NCBI GenBank assembly: GCA_044892525.1 | Contig: CM097886.1 | Span: forward strand, 82,026,001 to 82,090,000 | Direction of reading: 5' to 3' | Source: Schmidtea polychroa | Lineage: Eukaryota | Length of the DNA: 64,000 nt | Part shown: piece after piece, positions 35,801-42,949 of the stretch | Numbering within the stretch: the stretch's first letter is position 1 | How the letters are laid out: each line of letters starts with the position of its first letter | Notes under the pieces: generated by a model | Seen by the model: only the letters and a program-made list of their open reading frames with translations | The model's database searches: none | Told to the model about the DNA's origin: nothing | Translations under genes and position numbers: made by a program

Positions 35801-38800
35801 TCGGTTTCGGTTTCTGTTGTATTATCGATAATCCCCTTGATACTTAGCTTATTTGGCTGCTGATAGCTAGTTGACGGTTGGCTTGTTGTCCATATTTCGG
35901 CTCCTGTCGGCCATCTTACCAGAATTGGTGATCTTTCTCCAGCTCCTTCATCGCTGTCTTCCAATATAATTTCCTCGATTTCCTCGGTTTCATTCGATTT
36001 ACTCGTCACTTTGTTAGGGCTTGGTGTACTCAAGCTACCTTTCGTAGGTTTACCGGATTTGCTCTTCCTTTTAATCGGTTTTCCCAATGTTTCTGCCATT
36101 GTCAATACATTGATCTCCCCCAATCTCATGGGTGTTATTCCGACATCTGCATTATCATCCAACGATTTTCCGAATAGTTGTAGGTGAAATGGAGTTTCGT
36201 ATGCTAATTTCTTTTTTAACTCTCTGATCTTTGTTGTTGGATGTACTTCTGTATCCTCAATGCTTTTGTCGGGATACTTGACTCGGATACGATACCTTTC
36301 CTGGGTATCTTGTGCCCATTCTTGGTTTCTCCATTTCCTAATAATTTGTTCTAGCTGTTCTGGGTACCATTCGTTATATTGTCTGTATTCCTCAATCGCT
36401 TTCGCCATTTCTCTTAGATTGTGGATATTCTCTGATGTCTTTAGGATGATGTTAGCCAATGCTATTACTTGACGTTTTTGATTTTTTGCTCCCGTTGCTA
36501 AGATATCACCTAATTGTTTATATCTTTCCTTCTCTTCTCGTTCTCGAGCTTCCATCGCTTCTTCGCTGTCCATATCGGCATATTCGCGTTCTTTCTTTCT
36601 CATCGCATGAATATGTCTGGTTTCCGTTTCACTTTCCGATGTAACATCCGTTTCGCTTTCGTCGTCCGATGTCGATTCTATTTCGTCCTCTTCGTATTTT
36701 GGAGGTTCATCTTCCTCTTCTTCTGATTCGCTTTCTATCTCACCAATGTCTGTTTCCACGAAAATCCCTTTCCTGATTTCCCATTCTTTGTTTTCGGCAT
36801 TCCACATCCTTTCCCATGGGGTTCGTCTGCAGGATCTAACACTTAGTTTCTTTATTTTTCCTTGAAGCTCTTTTTCTTTTAGCCACTGTTGATGAATTTC
36901 AATTATCTCTACTGATTTTTGATATAGCGTTTTCATCCTGTCTCGTATTTCTTTCTGGTATGTTATATCTCTTGTTCGGAATTCGTCCATGGGCAATATT
37001 CTGATGATTTGATGATTATCCCACATTCCCATTTCGCTTAGCGAGGTGTCGTCTTCGGCCCGTAATATTATTTTATCGTACATCATGACTACATCATCTA
37101 TCATCCCGTCGCTACTCTCGCTTCGTACTTTTTCCGTTATCTCTTGGTTTATCTTGGTTACTAAGTCATCCACCGTACTCTGATTACTCATCTTTATTCG
37201 TCGTTTCTCCTCGTTTGGTAACCATATGGTTATTTCTAATTTCTGCGGTTGCGTTTCTTTTACTCTTCCGTATTTGTGGATCAAATTTATGGTTCTCCAA
37301 TCACTCATCCTGAGCAATTCTGTATCTCGTAATCGGCTCATTAGCTCATGCATGTCTGCAGTTCGTCTTGTTATGAGCAAATCCCAGTTATCCTCAACTT
37401 GTTCTTGGATTTGCTTGATTAATTTATCTAGATTTCGTCGCAAGGTGCATTGTTTTATTTGTTCCAGCTTCAGCTTGATGTTAAAGTCATACTCGGCCTT
37501 GGCGTCTTTAGCCCATTCGTGAATATTTGCTGGTTGCTTCTCTTTATACAATTTCAATATTTGAGTTTCTCCTGGCCAGATCAATGCATCTATTAGGTGC
37601 ATGTCTGGTTTGATTTGTTCTCCTTGATATTGATACAGGTATTCTTTCTTTCTCGAGCTGCCCAAATGTTCTCTTATCCAATCGAAAAGATCGTCTGTAA
37701 CTGCATTTTTTATCCATATTCTCTCGAGTCCTTTACTTGTTCCGATTTTTATTACATAACGTGTTGTCTCCGCTTGTTTCATTTTTTCCATATACTTCTT
37801 TATTATCGCTTTTTCCTCGTTTGGTATTAGATCTTTTTCGTTTCTTTCTAGTTTCATTATCTTTTGTATGAAGCGTCTGTATGGTATGATGTCAATGAAT
37901 TCCTGGTTTCTTACCACCACTGGAAGTATTTCCTTTACTTGTTTTATCGATTCTTCTCTTTCTTTTCTCAATTTCATTTCGATATTCTCGTCTTCGCTTT
38001 CACTTGTTACGTCGCTTTCACTCTCCTCTTCATCTGTTCCGATCTTCTCTCTTAGTTGGTTGATATTTTCATTTAACTGCAATATTTCTCCACCAAGGCT
38101 ACTCACATAATCCTCATCGTCATCTGTTGACAATACCTTCTTTGTCGTCCTCATCATATTAATTCGTAAATTTCTCATTCTTGGTACTTTCTTTAACTTT
38201 TTGTTCTCGAATAACGTTAGCTCCTCTGAGTTCGATTCTCGTATCATATCATGATTTAGATGATTAATCTGTTTTTCATTTTCGTTATTCTCTGCTTCTG
38301 CTTCTGTTTTTGTTTTCTCATTTTCTCTTTCGATTTTATCTTTTATCTTTTTCCAAAATATTTTCTGAATTCTCTGATTTCCTTTCAGCGGTGTTGTTGA
38401 ATTTTCCTTTTTTGCTGCTGTAATTGTTTCCTTCGGTTTCTCTGGTTCGCTCGTAGGTACAACTCTTGGATTTTTACCATAGTTGTAACAATATTGCTCC
38501 TTTATCTCCTTTACCATCCTCATCATATTTATTCGTAGTGGTTGTTCTTGTCGCTGTTGAATTCGCTCTCTTTTTATCCTCTCTTCTTCAGCTTGTAGTC
38601 TTTGCCATTCTTGTGCATGTTGTTGCACTTCATAATTGTTAAGATTCTCGGTGCTTCTCATCATGCGTATATTCTGGGTTTGTTGTGGTACTTGCTCTTG
38701 TCTCGGTCTCATCATTTGTTGCATCATCTGCTTCATTTGTGAAATTTCTTGCATCACATTCATTTGCTTTCCCTCACTAGGATTACTTTGTCGTTGCGGA

Positions 38801-40314
38801 TTTGGTGCATAGTTATTATTTCGCTGTGGTGGTCGTTGCTGTTGGCTCCTTTCTCGACAGTCTCTTGAGATATGACCTGGTTGACCGCAGTTAAAACATC
38901 CTCTCGATTGGCATATATTTTCCGTGTGTCCTCGTCGTCCACACCTATTGCAATTTGCGTTTCGGTAACAATCTCTATCCCAATGTCCTGGTTTACCGCA
39001 TGTTCGGCATTGTTTGTTATCGTTCATATTTCGTCGATTATTAAAGTTGTTTCCATTGTTCGAGTTGTTGCGTTCACTGTTATTCCCGTTTGATCGTCCT
39101 TGTGGTGGTTTGAAGATTTGATGTGCTCCTGGTATAAACTGATTCATCTTGGGTTCATGATTATTGTTATCCCCATTTTCCGTTTTCACCGTTGCTGTTG
39201 CGATTCTTCCCTCCTCTTGCATGACGTTCATTTGTGCTGGGAGGTGTAGTTCGCATCTTGTGGCCCAATCTATGGCTTCTTCTAGTGTTTTACACATTTG
39301 ACATCCCACCGAGGCCCTTACCTCTTCTCGGCGTAGTCCTTCTATGAAGTACCCAATTAAGTTTTCCTCCGGCAAGTTTCCGTTCATGGCCTTCTTTGCC
39401 AATCTTCGCAATTCACTTGCGTATAACGTAATTGACTCGTTTGCTCTTTGTTTTCTACTTGCCAGTTCACCTAACGCTTGATTTATCGGTTTGCTAGCTC
39501 CGAATGTTTTTCTCAAAAATGTTTTGATGTTTTCCCAATTGTCCAATTTCGTATTTCTTTCTTTTGCTTCTAGATACACTTCGAGTGCGCTATCGCACAA
39601 AAACAGAGGCATTCGTTTACTAATTACTTTGGACGTCCATCCACACACATCGATATAGACTTCAAAGTTGGTTATGAACGTTGCCAACTTGTTCGCATTC
39701 CCGTTGAACGGTTCGCCTCTAAATTTCTCTTTATATTCGTCGGTTTTTGCTACATTCATCTTGATTGGTTCTTGAAATGCTATTATTTCTTTTAAATTTT
39801 CTAGTGATGTAGCCAAACTATGGACGGATAATTCTTCTGTTGACCCGGTTAGGTTGTTTGTTATATCGGATAGACTTTCTCTACTTCTAGATCGACTGGG
39901 CGTATGTCCGGCTGTGGGGTTTTCTTGATCGTATATCGGTGTTTTGTGGGGTCTTTTTGCTCCTTGTGATATTCCTCTCTGCTGCCTAAATGATCGTCCT
40001 CTTTTGAGTTGATCTAATTCGTCTCCTGAAAATAATACGTCTCCTGGCTTACTTGAAGATCTAAGGTTGGGTTTATCCGTGATTTTCCTTTTACTCTTTT
40101 CTGTCTTTTCACGTGGATTTTCTACGGTTAGCGTCTGCTGAATTGGTCGAGTTTGGTTCTGATATTGTTTTCCTTTGTGCGGGTTCTGAATTGCTTTTCC
40201 TGGGTTGTTTGTATATTCTCTGGATTCCTCTTGAGCTGCTTCTGAATTGACTTGGTTGGATTGATGTCTACAATGAAAATATGATATCGTGTTGCCTTTG
40301 CTTACACGAATCAA
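25888..40314 (-). CDS. 4,808-codon Gag-UBL-Bcl2-Env-PR-RT-RH-IN-ANK-TM polyprotein
   Basis: Single stop-free frame of 14.4 kb; the first ATG is only at codon 186 (39759), so the true start is unresolved. Confidence 0.95.
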   Translation of the reverse strand: MIRVSKGNTISYFHCRHQSNQVNSEAAQEESREYTNNPGKAIQNPHKGKQYQNQTRPIQQTLTVENPREKTEKSKRKITDKPNLRSSSKPGDVLFSGDELDQLKRGRSFRQQRGISQGAKRPHKTPIYDQENPTAGHTPSRSRSRESLSDITNNLTGSTEELSVHSLATSLENLKEIIAFQEPIKMNVAKTDEYKEKFRGEPFNGNANKLATFITNFEVYIDVCGWTSKVISKRMPLFLCDSALEVYLEAKERNTKLDNWENIKTFLRKTFGASKPINQALGELASRKQRANESITLYASELRRLAKKAMNGNLPEENLIGYFIEGLRREEVRASVGCQMCKTLEEAIDWATRCELHLPAQMNVMQEEGRIATATVKTENGDNNNHEPKMNQFIPGAHQIFKPPQGRSNGNNSERNNSNNGNNFNNRRNMNDNKQCRTCGKPGHWDRDCYRNANCNRCGRRGHTENICQSRGCFNCGQPGHISRDCRERSQQQRPPQRNNNYAPNPQRQSNPSEGKQMNVMQEISQMKQMMQQMMRPRQEQVPQQTQNIRMMRSTENLNNYEVQQHAQEWQRLQAEEERIKRERIQQRQEQPLRINMMRMVKEIKEQYCYNYGKNPRVVPTSEPEKPKETITAAKKENSTTPLKGNQRIQKIFWKKIKDKIERENEKTKTEAEAENNENEKQINHLNHDMIRESNSEELTLFENKKLKKVPRMRNLRINMMRTTKKVLSTDDDEDYVSSLGGEILQLNENINQLREKIGTDEEESESDVTSESEDENIEMKLRKEREESIKQVKEILPVVVRNQEFIDIIPYRRFIQKIMKLERNEKDLIPNEEKAIIKKYMEKMKQAETTRYVIKIGTSKGLERIWIKNAVTDDLFDWIREHLGSSRKKEYLYQYQGEQIKPDMHLIDALIWPGETQILKLYKEKQPANIHEWAKDAKAEYDFNIKLKLEQIKQCTLRRNLDKLIKQIQEQVEDNWDLLITRRTADMHELMSRLRDTELLRMSDWRTINLIHKYGRVKETQPQKLEITIWLPNEEKRRIKMSNQSTVDDLVTKINQEITEKVRSESSDGMIDDVVMMYDKIILRAEDDTSLSEMGMWDNHQIIRILPMDEFRTRDITYQKEIRDRMKTLYQKSVEIIEIHQQWLKEKELQGKIKKLSVRSCRRTPWERMWNAENKEWEIRKGIFVETDIGEIESESEEEEDEPPKYEEDEIESTSDDESETDVTSESETETRHIHAMRKKEREYADMDSEEAMEAREREEKERYKQLGDILATGAKNQKRQVIALANIILKTSENIHNLREMAKAIEEYRQYNEWYPEQLEQIIRKWRNQEWAQDTQERYRIRVKYPDKSIEDTEVHPTTKIRELKKKLAYETPFHLQLFGKSLDDNADVGITPMRLGEINVLTMAETLGKPIKRKSKSGKPTKGSLSTPSPNKVTSKSNETEEIEEIILEDSDEGAGERSPILVRWPTGAEIWTTSQPSTSYQQPNKLSIKGIIDNTTETETDEQFQRQKVPTKATPEGQTDKIIDEWNEWLRNNDSSLPRTDNERNPNYENTREAGTMMEKRAKGRPKKQGEKPEFKTREQLKQEQGQVRLEKLDKIVWDLKEAQPTIERGEKWIRELVKDMLIITNPQLRRLWQRKVASVDARQLWNTISGIIPKLIKEKTKTTKTDWEETRRVIEQLTLNANDDEHHLVVLTYLMYNLMGLAARKIPNKQFANHVEMTVTIIENTIEPHIIRAGGWKRLIQAPRKNEQERSMQIRLKKLLNELEWELPLKDPASRKASINSLMMTMMIWMLCTSGAAGFTIYDCDNSIIGERYSLRDIEECRQASPNKLDIVKKKVSYHVYQESDFIRTQARECVVSKKVLAYYCGQYSYSTLILPGLDKEIVPIQREDCKELFRTGAMRIRDGVTIHGQSGMIKTESIYVAGRVKSTDGSCNGGTYTIRGEVISGVVVIESYTVELKEYEAQFDANNYQMKTNPACRATENVCRTGISTIIYEANTQKCRLQLLKSALFNEVKGEIYENEDDDEENGNVRMRNGKPVPPSPKEKRLTTQKTPTALITDDPDIGMRFIREKETTKCDSIVYRTNYAGIYMSRQVIDRAVGKVATEDVKLYLYANNKMDFLFHRGQTTMQKVYYDLIQNDCSLNKEILKTKLAIAITHPDNTMPSLPLPDGHFGRMVGEVMYTYACTKTFARLPRKPTIPPGKCANELEISYKGRNRFVQPVTRIMNPIGFYPNTFNCSNAYGPLYEKPDGKWIMLPVKTEVQEPKKFGLIELATEQDFKPIDVSKAGMYSPEDLETARLNVLFPARRESILSNMVTITGGTNFQSGPNYELLLSPDHFQQATSNMMKAMWGRFLVFGQMMAGILGIILIIQIVRVILTQMLACFDIYKREKKVNWKLIVGFLPFLAKTMVLHGHSKDIHRIKRLIKILTKIKGTDEEVGRRFRKTMYDEATRTQLKKNKPKFLDRFRNRSNSSDSDDDDNGNDKYPYPSRNPNEKPIETAPYWEKEKTNTWIANGSYIPPDIVGQQTALTMTPNMYPQLPSQPDMNYMPTRRTKSVDQADDVRTIAVMSSPGGAAVTVMIQINGKETSAMIDTGANVSAIAINQIPSKCWKDIEQTTIHIIACSKETVDVVGRWWTTLRYQDNEIETYLAVIPKLSEPCIIGTDLMPELFKEVVIDLTTMCLKDKMGRICKMNAIIRCPEKIIVPAKSQMICQIKVDTGMEGEVIFEPSKSFEKRRELPLAREIITINEDGEIPINITNFEEEDKIIYENERLGRLTPMIDIELPKITNETTKADELWIIDSTLLTGEEKERLQQLLIEYKDIFAISDLDLGACDVTLHAIPLIDETPIALRPYKLAEKQKEIAEAEVQKMLDAQVIEPSCSPWQFPVVMVKKKDGTQRFCIDYRKLNAVTKRDTYPLPDINEMLLMLQGAAYFTSLDLKSGYWQIKVKEEDKEKTAFTLGRDLYQFRKMPFGLTNAPASFQRCMNFVTHGIKQCMVYIDDLLIYSATFEQHLEDIRNVFVRLRQWKLKLKPSKCDWAKEKVTFLGHIVSAKGKEPDPRNIEKIKTCPAPKTVTQVQEFLGLCGYYRKFIKNYAGIAKPIQELVKKDISFIWGAEQQKAFETLRDKLIEAPILVHPDFKKPFLLATDASGYAAGAILGQLDEEGKERVIGYYSRTFKKHEKNYSVTEREALAIIQAIKHFRYLLWGHEICITTDHQPLVWLGQHKEASSRLMRWAMQLQEYSPFIKFKAGRANANADCMSRFIFPDLVDHEMQRICLMVAEDLDFCQLRKDQQEDTELKQIIEYVKTGKAEVYEKDQKLKEHMDKHRHRYIIEKDWLLIMDGEKRLMCIPENRRKELLTQYHDGRLGGHMSSKKTLARMKQKYFWPTLTEDVTEWVKNCITCATRKNTGTKWRAPLKPMPVPAEPMTMIPMDVVGPLPESDRGNIYILVITDYLTKFPEAFAMADQKAKTIAKILVEEICCRYGTPKQILTDQGTNFMSEIMSEVTNYFKIAKLRTSPYHPQTNGMTERFNGTLIQMLSNYVDRHQRDWDEYIKLCLMAYRMSIHASTKMSPFKLMYGRECNMPMDLEYQPPISQYMEIDDYVTKFKERMQEIWETAGLNIKFYQESYKDLHDRKKNVKQHTFQTGDWVMIETPELIPGTTKKLQRNGKGPYEILFVGETNVRVRLVNNPFTRPIYVNVARCKPIPKTATSQPEGRTLTTRSQTYRINMLQQINEPTGNRLGLQPSEAEKIIKEVKVKMPGWAKDRLDFEILGGLLTMIENYANRERTHPLLRVVKGQWPILFTITDHYGDTPLHKLLKVGNNEQILETIEAFRDCNISTDQENNQGYTPLMIAANRDKAKDIIIALLETGSKITTQDHSQKNALHHAIEGKSTEAFIILVDLISYEDNREIGNMYDGLLTAIKEKLTTITGILIAWRNPIKNDYMVDINETFTKGENTLMREAMRGHHLFEIPNQLLQRGIKFSNHKDEQLIRKRITNFEKAISQFTDKVQVKFWDTVSVLHMMETMNNIRENYLSIIQVLTAEERINSSNKKKIKIKKVKARESEEQVDQPITDIATTSKPKTINSDQEIVVRKAKEVFFEEMQDLSDEAILAKITKTVHTYARDQTTNLDIGKIKTFIPLAFTLPTKDSRTPLQQAILAAKENRAITIIRILRDFGEKSNTKNEQGETAMMYAAITKIHPKTLHILHQSGSRLDEISNEGKSTMDWATIQPNLEMIRFICKNAIRAEVENICKNTSQFQWNTIRMNLEAMKLLLTWRIPQSNKYAININEFYENGENAMVKNTLTKGGTPKIIMIVLNREDLKFTQNLNEQKRIGKHRRIQLRELVKEWNRKRHVATGRKEFEFEAKLARNRVLTAYRRLLNDINVEDDILNDSGGDKDDKDDDNNGKSRNGNKEKEKSEENNQENNDASRKKEENNPRNQIKQEEKTNNGKQRVCLLFTNKEMETNMMIMILVLTMVEMITAQGGMRTIKEAKETENKDNKEEELKQEKKKQVQEQQWDLKEEWDLKERCILGRCMSRAYQRLVLKNEDAEPITEVRIQEAYRNRDGKRITKVKGKEVHLGKGGEVVITQLQPRKEHKVCIARLRPGEDCLQYVIQQQPPKEYTICIWRKDTARECRRYPGKRGKKRKINDEKDEQGKRKKNSEKHQDNYVSEEEMEKIQKMAKEGMNEEIARIREMMKGNGKDGNLKSTEAISTLTSKEKAEIISVKQMMWISGIIITGAFLIITGGTIKIIKDRRHRGELEMARIRNFQHHVKRPSNIKQEQWVEAWNAQRPPSSRI
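27320..28900 (-). CDS. Polyprotein domain: two blocks of ankyrin repeats
   Basis: YGDTPLHKLL, QGYTPLMIAA, QKNALHHAI (28350-28900) and SRTPLQQAI, QGETAMMYAA, EGKSTMDWAT (27320-27860). Confidence 0.85.
29200..30240 (-). CDS. Polyprotein domain: integrase (HHCC, DDE core, GPY)
   Basis: YHDGRLGGH..KYFWP..CITC; MDVVGPLP; LTDQGTNF; YHPQTNGMTERFN; KGPYEI. Confidence 0.97.
30520..31800 (-). CDS. Polyprotein domain: reverse transcriptase and RNase H
   Basis: RFCIDYRKLN, LDLKSGYWQI, MPFGLTNAPASFQ, YIDD (31297-31308), FLGH; ATDAS, YSVTEREALAI, TDHQPL, NANADCMSR. Confidence 0.98.
32290..32580 (-). CDS. Polyprotein domain: aspartic protease
   Basis: AMIDTGANVSAI and C-terminal IIGTDL motif. Confidence 0.95.
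33070..34965 (-). CDS. Polyprotein domain: signal peptide plus chuvirus-like (class III) envelope glycoprotein
   Basis: SLMMTMMIWMLCTSGAAG|FTIYDC..YSL.DIEEC, YYCG, AGRV..DGSC.G, C.LNKEIL, GEVMYTYAC, ELEISY..FVQPVTRI, AGMYS.EDL..LFP, WGRFLVFG..GILGI TM: the Cys and motif order I recognise from chuvirus G proteins. Confidence 0.85.
35080..35470 (-). CDS. Polyprotein domain: Bcl-2-like helical domain
   Basis: IENTIEPHIIRAGGW resembles Bcl-xL BH2 LNDHLEPWIQENGGW; a hydrophobic BH1-position helix HLVVLTYLMYNL lies upstream but lacks NWGR. Confidence 0.7.
36100..37764 (-). CDS. Polyprotein domains: three ubiquitin-like folds
   Basis: 37550-37764, 36994-37242, 36100-36297; the third reads RIRVK..EVHPTTKIRELKKKL..LQLFGKSLDD vs ubiquitin EVEPSDTIENVKAKI..LIFAGKQLED. 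Confidence 0.65.
38857..39759 (-). CDS. Polyprotein domain: Gag capsid-like region and three CCHC zinc knuckles
   Basis: PFNG..FITNFE..GW, KQRANESITLYASELRRLA, FIEGL, TLEEAI; knuckles CRTCGKPGHWDRDC, CNRCGRRGHTENIC, CFNCGQPGHISRDC at 38857-39009. Confidence 0.95.
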
Positions 40315-40992
40315 TCATTCCTTTTTGCCACATTCAAGCACAGACACCGTTTTAGGGCCTCTGTTATACTTCTCTTCATTTCCCCTCATACGCTTCTTCG
40401 CGGAATATAATTACCCATCAACCCATATTTTTCGTCGATTTTAAATTATCTATTTGGGGTAGTAACAATTATCTATATAGTCGTATAAATTATCTATAGT
40501 TAGCATTTATAATATCGATAGGTCGTTGTCAGTTACTGCTTATTACCTCCCATATTTTCTTAATCCTTTTACGCGGTTCCGCTATTTTACTTAATCTTTC
40601 ATCTCTGTTTCCCCTTATTTGGTTCTACTCTGTAACCAAAACAAAATTCGTTTAACCGGTTTAAACCAAAAAAATTCTGTAGAACTTTGTCTACTTATCT
40701 GGGATCCCTTTTAATTAATTAATCACCTTCCTCTTTTACTCATCATTTATTCTCACTTATTCTTTATTTTCATTATCTCTTTAATTCATTTTCCTTTTCA
40801 GTTTCTCTTTCTCACTGAAAAAAAAAGTTTCGTCATTACCTCCCACGAGCTCGTTTAATCCTTTCTAAATTCAAATACTATATTTCAAACTCAATTTGCT
40901 TCTAGCTAGCTTTAATATTCCATCTCACTAGTAATTTAAATGTTATCAACTTGTAGCTTGAATGCTATCTCACTATTACTTTAGGCCTTTAC

Positions 40993-41430
40993 GACTGGCT
41001 GGCACTTTTCAACAGCTCAATCTTCTTCATCTCCGAACTGGCTGGACTTTTCACAGCTCAGTTTTAATTTTCCCTGACCGGCTGGACTTTTCAACAGCTC
41101 GGCCTTAATATCTCCGACTGGCTGGACTTTTCACAGCTCAGTTTCAATTTCCCTGACCGGCTGGACTTTTCAACAGCTCGGCCTTAATATCTCCGACTGG
41201 CTGGACTTTTCACAGCTCAGTTTCAATTTCCCTGACCGGCTGGACTTTTCAACAGCTCGACCTTAATATCTCCGACTGGCTGGACTTTTCACAGCTCAGT
41301 TTCAATTTCCCTGACCGGCTGGACTTTTCAACAGCTCGGCCTTAATATCTCCGACTGGCTGGACTTTTCACAGCTCAGTTTCAATTTCCCTGACCGGCTG
41401 GACTTTTCAACAGCTCGGCCTTAATATCTC
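40993..41430. repeat. Tandem array in the 5' leader: 79-bp dimer (39+40) x5 plus one degenerate monomer
   Basis: Core GGCTGGACTTTTCA(A)CAGCTC 11 times; unit starts 41116, 41195, 41274, 41353 are exactly 79 apart. Confidence 0.97.
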
Positions 41431-42012
41431 TAAACTCTGCGTGCTTCCGTTCCTTTTCTGTCTTTATTCTATACTGTCATCTTCCTATTTTTACTTTTAT
41501 TTGTCGACTTAATCTGTACCGCTTTGGAAGGTTTCCCCTTTCCCCCCTTGCTCAAAACGCAAAACGATCGCATTGATCCATTTCTACATTGGTATGGTGA
41601 TCAGCCATACCGCAGAAACTTTTCAATATTCGCGATGGTACCTCGCCTTACATCTCTTACTCGGGGTGATCGGTTGTCCCTTCCCAAATGGTTCCAATAT
41701 CGTACCTCCCGAAGGTGGCTCGGTTTATTCCCCCTTTAACACTATGATGGGACTAGTTCCACTTTAAAAAATCAATTTAAATTTTTAAAATGCCCTTTCT
41801 TCATGGTGAAAATTATAACAACACAAATCAATTTATAACTTCGTATAATGAAATGAATACACAAAAAGGATTTATTAGTTATTTACTCCACATTACAGAT
41901 AATATATGCTATCATTATAAAACATTACCGAATTAATTCAGAACAAAAATAAAAAAATGTTTAATCTAATTGTTAATCATCCAATTTCCTTCACCGAGCG
42001 ACGATCGCGTAC

Positions 42013-42492
42013 CTAACTGAAGTAGATTGTGTGCTTCTCTTTTATTACACATGTGCACATAGAACAACGGATTAAACTGGCGGCGCATTCGTCACAATGG
42101 CTAAGGTGCCCACAAGGTAGAATCAGAATTTTGACAGGTCGCATCCTGCAAATGTTACAAGTTCTCAAGGCCGCTGCTTTCTCTACTATTGATGTTCGTA
42201 TCCGCTGAGACAGAGTTTTGACTTGTTCGCGTATCTTCACATATTCGATGTTCAGAGCGGGGTCGTCGAGACGTTGCTGAAACCATTGGTAATGAATAGA
42301 CAAGTCGGTATCGGTATTTGTTGATCCTAATCTGTCGGTTAGAAAGTTCTGTTTGGATATCAGCGGTGCGTTGTGGCTTTGTTGTTCTAGCAGTTCTATT
42401 TGTTTCAGTTTTTCCCTTAATGTTTTTATTGAATCATTTTCTATTTCGACGAACCGGCTTAGCTGTTGTAGATGTTGTCTAGCTTCTGACAT
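42013..42492 (-). CDS. 159-aa coiled coil plus IAP/Mdm2-type C-terminal RING protein, upstream of gag
   Basis: CNIC..ILILPCGHLSHCDECAASLIRCSMCTCVIKEKHTIYFS-stop; catttag|atATG; AATAAA ~140 nt downstream. Confidence 0.88.
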   Translation of the reverse strand: MSEARQHLQQLSRFVEIENDSIKTLREKLKQIELLEQQSHNAPLISKQNFLTDRLGSTNTDTDLSIHYQWFQQRLDDPALNIEYVKIREQVKTLSQRIRTSIVEKAAALRTCNICRMRPVKILILPCGHLSHCDECAASLIRCSMCTCVIKEKHTIYFS

Positions 42493-42931
42493 ATCTAAAT
42501 GAATGCGTTGTTATTATTTTGTTCCTACTGATATTAAAAATAATATTATTATGTTTGTATTTAATATTCGTTGGCTTTTATGCGTTAGTGTTTTAACTTT
42601 TGTATTTTATTCGATCTTTGAAATTCCCCTTTCATCTTTTTGCTTTAATCACTTACTTTCTTTCGTCCCCCCTTTTATTTTAACCCGTTAAAATTAATCC
42701 CAATAACCAATTCCCGTTTTCTTTTCTCATCATACTTCATCACATTCATTCCAACTCATTTAGGTTCGTTTCATTCACCACATGCTCTATTTCAAACTCA
42801 GACAGTTCGTATCATTTCATTGTACTATCATTCGTTTCAGCCCCGATTCCATTTTTATCATTATTAATTAAATTGTTAATCTAACACATCATAACACAAA
42901 ATTAGACAATCAAACAAATCAATATATATAT

Positions 42932-42949
42932 ATCCCGGCTGAGCCCCCA
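42932..42949 (-). promoter_or_regulatory. Primer-binding site, tRNA-Pro type
   Basis: Minus strand TGGGGGCTCAGCCGGGAT, 16/18 identical to the classical tRNA-Pro PBS TGGGGGCTCGTCCGGGAT, 7 nt from the 5' LTR. Confidence 0.85.

Noticed and set aside
21002-39093. Many + strand ORFs of 60-176 aa inside the element, several hydrophobic
   Set aside because: Antisense shadows of A-rich minus-strand coding: T-rich codons give F/L/S-rich open frames with no motifs.
40270-40307. A spliced-leader AUG or the ATG at 40318 supplying the polyprotein start through this acceptor
   Set aside because: Both joins (via the GTAAG donor) are out of frame with the polyprotein when translated by hand.
41040-41420. 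GGACTTTTCA as NF-kB sites
   Set aside because: Only loosely similar to GGGRNYYYCC; no support that the host has Rel proteins.
40993-41430. CRISPR-like repeat array
   Set aside because: Spacers alternate between two fixed sequences rather than being unique; eukaryotic context, no cas genes.
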